A stretch of DNA of 11,406 bases, from contig NW_021826969.1 in NCBI RefSeq assembly GCF_006345805.1, positions 1 through 11,406 of the forward strand, read 5' to 3'. The notes beneath the pieces are model-generated. The model made no database searches, was not told the DNA's origin, and worked only from the letters and a program-made list of their open reading frames with translations. Within the stretch, counting starts at the first letter, position 1; every line of letters begins with the position of its first letter. A program made the position numbers and the translations under genes. Below are positions 8,849 to 11,406 of this stretch, piece after piece. The DNA is from Octopus sinensis (Eukaryota).

Positions 8849-8861
8849 GATGGGTAATATA

Positions 8862-9660
8862 GACGCAGGCGTGGCTGTGTGCTAGAGCTGGCAGAAACGT
8901 TAGCACGCCGGGTGAAACGCTTAACCGTATTTCGTCTGCCGTTACGTTCTGAGTTCAAATTCCGCCGAGGTCGACTTTGCCTTTCATCCTTTCGGGGTCG
9001 AAAAATTAAGTACCAGTTACGCACTGGGGTCGATGCAATCGACTTAATCCGTTTGTCTGTCCTTGTTTGTCCCCTCTGTGTTTAGCCCCTTGTGGGTAGT
9101 AAAGAAATAAGTATTTTGTCTGCTGTTACGTTCTGAGTTCAAATTCCACCGAGGTTCACTTTGCCTTTCATCTTTTCGGGATCGATAAATTAAGTACCAG
9201 TTATGTACTGGGTCGATATAATCGATTTAATCCGTTTGTCCTCTCTGTGTTTAGCCCCTTGTGGGTGGTAAAAAAAAAACTTGCTTCCCAACCATATGCT
9301 TCCGGGTTCAGCCTCACAACATGGCACCTTGGGCGTGTTCTACTATAGCCTCGGGCTGACCCAAGCCTTGTGAGACGGTAAATGAAAGAAGTCCGTCGTG
9401 TATATGTGTTTGTGTGTGTGTGTTTGTGTGTGAGTGTGTGTGAGTATTTATGTGTGTCTCTTTGTGTTTCTCCATCATCGCTTGGCAAACGATGTTGGTG
9501 TGTTTACGTCCACGTAACTTAGCGAGTCGGCAAAAGAATAAGTACTAGGTTTACAAATAAGTTGTGGGTCGATTTTTTCGATTAAAAAAAAAACCCTTTA
9601 AGGTGGTGCTCCAGCATGGCAGCAGCCAAATGACTGAAACAAGTAAAAGAATAAAAGAAT
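8862..9660 (+). mobile_element. tRNA-derived SINE family B, split by a nested family A dimer (head 8862-8884, remainder 9280-9660)
   Basis: The head gacgcaggcgtggctgtgtg resumes as cttgcttcccaaccatatgcttccgggttcag (B box), followed by an internal GT microsatellite and the tail ...ggtgctccagcatggc..aagtaaaagaataaaagaat. The 3' half aligns to 11160-11357. Confidence 0.85.
8885..9279 (+). mobile_element. Family A SINE, dimeric form: full unit (8885-9110) plus a headless second unit (9111-9279)
   Basis: The tail aaagaaataa (9101-9110) is followed directly by gtattttgtctgctgttacgttctgagttcaaattcc and a second core and tail. Confidence 0.93.
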
Positions 9661-9849
9661 ATATATAAATATATATACATACACACACATACATCTACAC
9701 ACACATACATATATTACATACACACACACACACACACATATATATATTTATGTATAAGGCACCAAAAGAGAATGACTCTCCACAGACACAACAGTATACA
9801 TACATACATATATACATATATAAAAAACATACATTACATTCAACACGTA

Positions 9850-9894
<45 letters not shown>

Positions 9895-9909
9895 TTATAT
9901 ATACAAAAT

Positions 9910-9948
<39 letters not shown>

Positions 9949-10012
9949 AAACACACACACATATGTATGTACGTGTGTGTGTATGTATATGTGCATGTGT
10001 ATATAATGTGTG
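9660..10012. repeat. Compound (TA)n/(CA)n/(TG)n microsatellite block
   Basis: Direct reading. Confidence 0.93.
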
Positions 10013-10014
10013 TG

Positions 10015-10217
10015 TAACGCCATGATAGATCGTTAGCTCCTACACGCATTTTTTTCTCTCCTTGTTTTTTTTCTGTGTATCTTTCTGTTGAAGAGCGTAG
10101 GCTCGAAATGTAAAAGAATTTTTCTATTTCTATTCCTGAGCGCCATACTAATACATTTGTTTGTTTGTACTCCACCTGCCTTCGTCTTTTGTTTTTTTTT
10201 TCATAAACCTTCCCGTT
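10015..10217 (+). mobile_element. ~200-bp ORF-less hammerhead-bearing unit (solo PLE terminal repeat or retrozyme-like), bounded by (TG)n and (TA)n
   Basis: Contains HHR-2. Shares gaagagc, gctcgaaa.gt, ttcctgagcg.ca and aatac..ttgtt blocks, in order, with the reverse complement of 10671-10877. Confidence 0.6.
10080..10117 (+). ncRNA. Degenerate minimal type-I hammerhead ribozyme motif (HHR-2)
   Basis: UCUUU-CUGUUGA-A-GAGC(GUAG)GCUC-GAAA-UG-UA-AAAGA. 5-bp stem I, 4-bp stem II, A6 replaced by U. Confidence 0.65.
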
Positions 10218-10411
10218 ATATATATATATGGTCAATTGAAAGAAATAATCGCTTCATATATGTATATACAAAACCATCTAAGCCATCGTTGGACGAAACT
10301 TTGATGTCATTGCCAACGACATTCGTGTAAAAGAATAATAAATTTGTCCTCCACAAAATTATACAGCAAACCATCAAATTAGTGCAAAGTTGTTTTTTAT
10401 TATAAATGAAC

Positions 10412-10628
10412 AAGCGGCGAGCTGGCAGAGACGTTAGCACGCCAAGCGAAATGCTTGCGGGTATTTCGTCCGTCTTCACGTACTGAGTTCATATTCTACC
10501 GAGGTCGACATTGCCTTTCATCCTTTCGGAGTCGATAAAAATAAGTACCAGCTGTGTACTGAGGTCAATGTAATCGACTTACCTCTTCCACAAATTTCTG
10601 GCCTTGTGCCTATAATAGAAAGGATTAT
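10412..10628 (+). mobile_element. Family A-headed SINE with an alternative 3' tail
   Basis: Head and core (gcggcgagctggcagagacgttagcac...gagttcatattc..gaggtcgacattgcctttcatcctttcggagtcgataaaaataagtacc) match family A. After aatcgactta the sequence switches to cctcttccacaaatttctggccttgtgcctataatagaaaggattat. Confidence 0.88.
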
Positions 10629-10670
10629 AAATGAACATAAAAACAGACATTGATACATATTTATATATAT

Positions 10671-10877
10671 AGTTAATCCAAACATGAAAACACAAAGAGA
10701 AAACACAACAACGCGAGGACGTGGAACAAGTGTAGTATTATTGGACGCTCAGGAAAGAAGGAAAGGAGGGTTTAACGTTTCGAGCGGAGCTCTTCGTCGG
10801 AAACATAGGAAAAGGAAAGATCCAAGGAAGGGAAGACGGAGGGAAAAAAATCGCCAACGGTACACTCGCGGTCACAT
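10671..10877 (-). mobile_element. ~200-bp ORF-less hammerhead-bearing unit, diverged relative of 10015-10217, bounded by microsatellites
   Basis: Contains HHR-3. Collinear shared blocks with 10015-10217; ends in a TA run at ~10662-10671. Confidence 0.6.
10770..10804 (-). ncRNA. Minimal type-I hammerhead ribozyme motif (HHR-3), near-canonical
   Basis: Minus strand: GUUU-CCGACGA-A-GAGC(UCC)GCUC-GAAA-CG-UU-AAAC. 4-bp stem I, 4-bp stem II, palindromic AACGUU at stem III, GUU cleavage triplet, U4 replaced by C. Confidence 0.75.
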
Positions 10878-10884
10878 TTTGAAT

Positions 10885-10895
10885 GTGTATATATA

Positions 10896-10932
<37 letters not shown>

Positions 10933-11083
10933 CTGGCAATAGTTAGACACATTAGATATATATAAAATATATCTAATGTGTCTTTTTCCTCTCTATCTAT
11001 CTGCATAGATGTCTGTCTCTCTCTATACACGCACACCCATTATTTCATATATACGTGTGTGCGTGTTTATTTGTTTGTTTGTT

Positions 11084-11130
<47 letters not shown>

Positions 11131-11150
11131 GTGTGTATATACATGTGTGT
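10885..11150. repeat. (TG)n, TA and (GTTT)n microsatellite block
   Basis: TG runs at ~10900-10928 and ~11088-11128, GTTT units at ~11070-11090. Confidence 0.9.
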
Positions 11151-11159
11151 GCATTCATC

Positions 11160-11357
11160 TCCCACCCACCACCGCTTGACAACCGATACTGGTTTGTTTA
11201 CATCACCGTAACTTGCAGTTCTGCAAAAATGACCGATTGAACATGTGCCACACTTAAAAAACTAAGGACTGGAGTGAATTTGTTCGACCAAAAACTCCCT
11301 TCAATGAGGTGCTCCAGTATGGCTGCATTCTAATGACTGAAGCAAATAAAAAAATAA
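11160..11357 (+). mobile_element. Diverged 3' half of SINE family B
   Basis: cgcttgacaaccgatactggtttgtttacatcaccgtaactt...ggtgctccagtatggctgc..aatgactgaagcaaataaaa aligns to 9478-9655. Confidence 0.8.
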
Positions 11358-11406
11358 ACGTCCAAGGCACACAGAACATTGGTTGGTATTGCAATTAATG
11401 CGCGTA

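Noticed and set aside
10275-10325. ggacgaaac within inverted repeats tcgttgg...ccaacga, considered as a fourth hammerhead
   Set aside because: No CUGANGA-like core in a valid position on either strand.
3085-10628. Repeated ~230-bp units considered as a CRISPR array or tRNA genes
   Set aside because: The copies are dispersed, in both orientations and decayed, with no repeat-spacer periodicity and no complete cloverleaf; they are SINEs.

Overview
Repeat-saturated, AT-rich animal non-coding DNA. It most likely comes from an octopus or related coleoid cephalopod intron or intergenic region; this is inferred from the SINE families and the extreme microsatellite load, not from a search. No intact protein-coding gene is supported, and nearly all ORFs in the supplied track are microsatellite or SINE read-throughs. 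The window holds a decayed RTE-clade LINE fragment (1-421), at least three tRNA-derived SINE families in about a dozen copies (two with an identical head+body+body architecture, one of them nested in another SINE), and a decayed minus-strand Penelope-like element (PLE) GIY-YIG region that the ORF track misses (~6780-7260). The most interesting signal is three separate minimal type-I hammerhead-ribozyme-like motifs (6647-6686 -, 10080-10117 +, 10770-10804 -). All three have one extra nucleotide between the core and stem II, and each differs from CUGANGA at one core position. One lies just downstream of the PLE relic. The other two sit in related ~200-bp ORF-less units bounded by microsatellites and facing each other (solo PLE terminal repeats or retrozyme-like elements).
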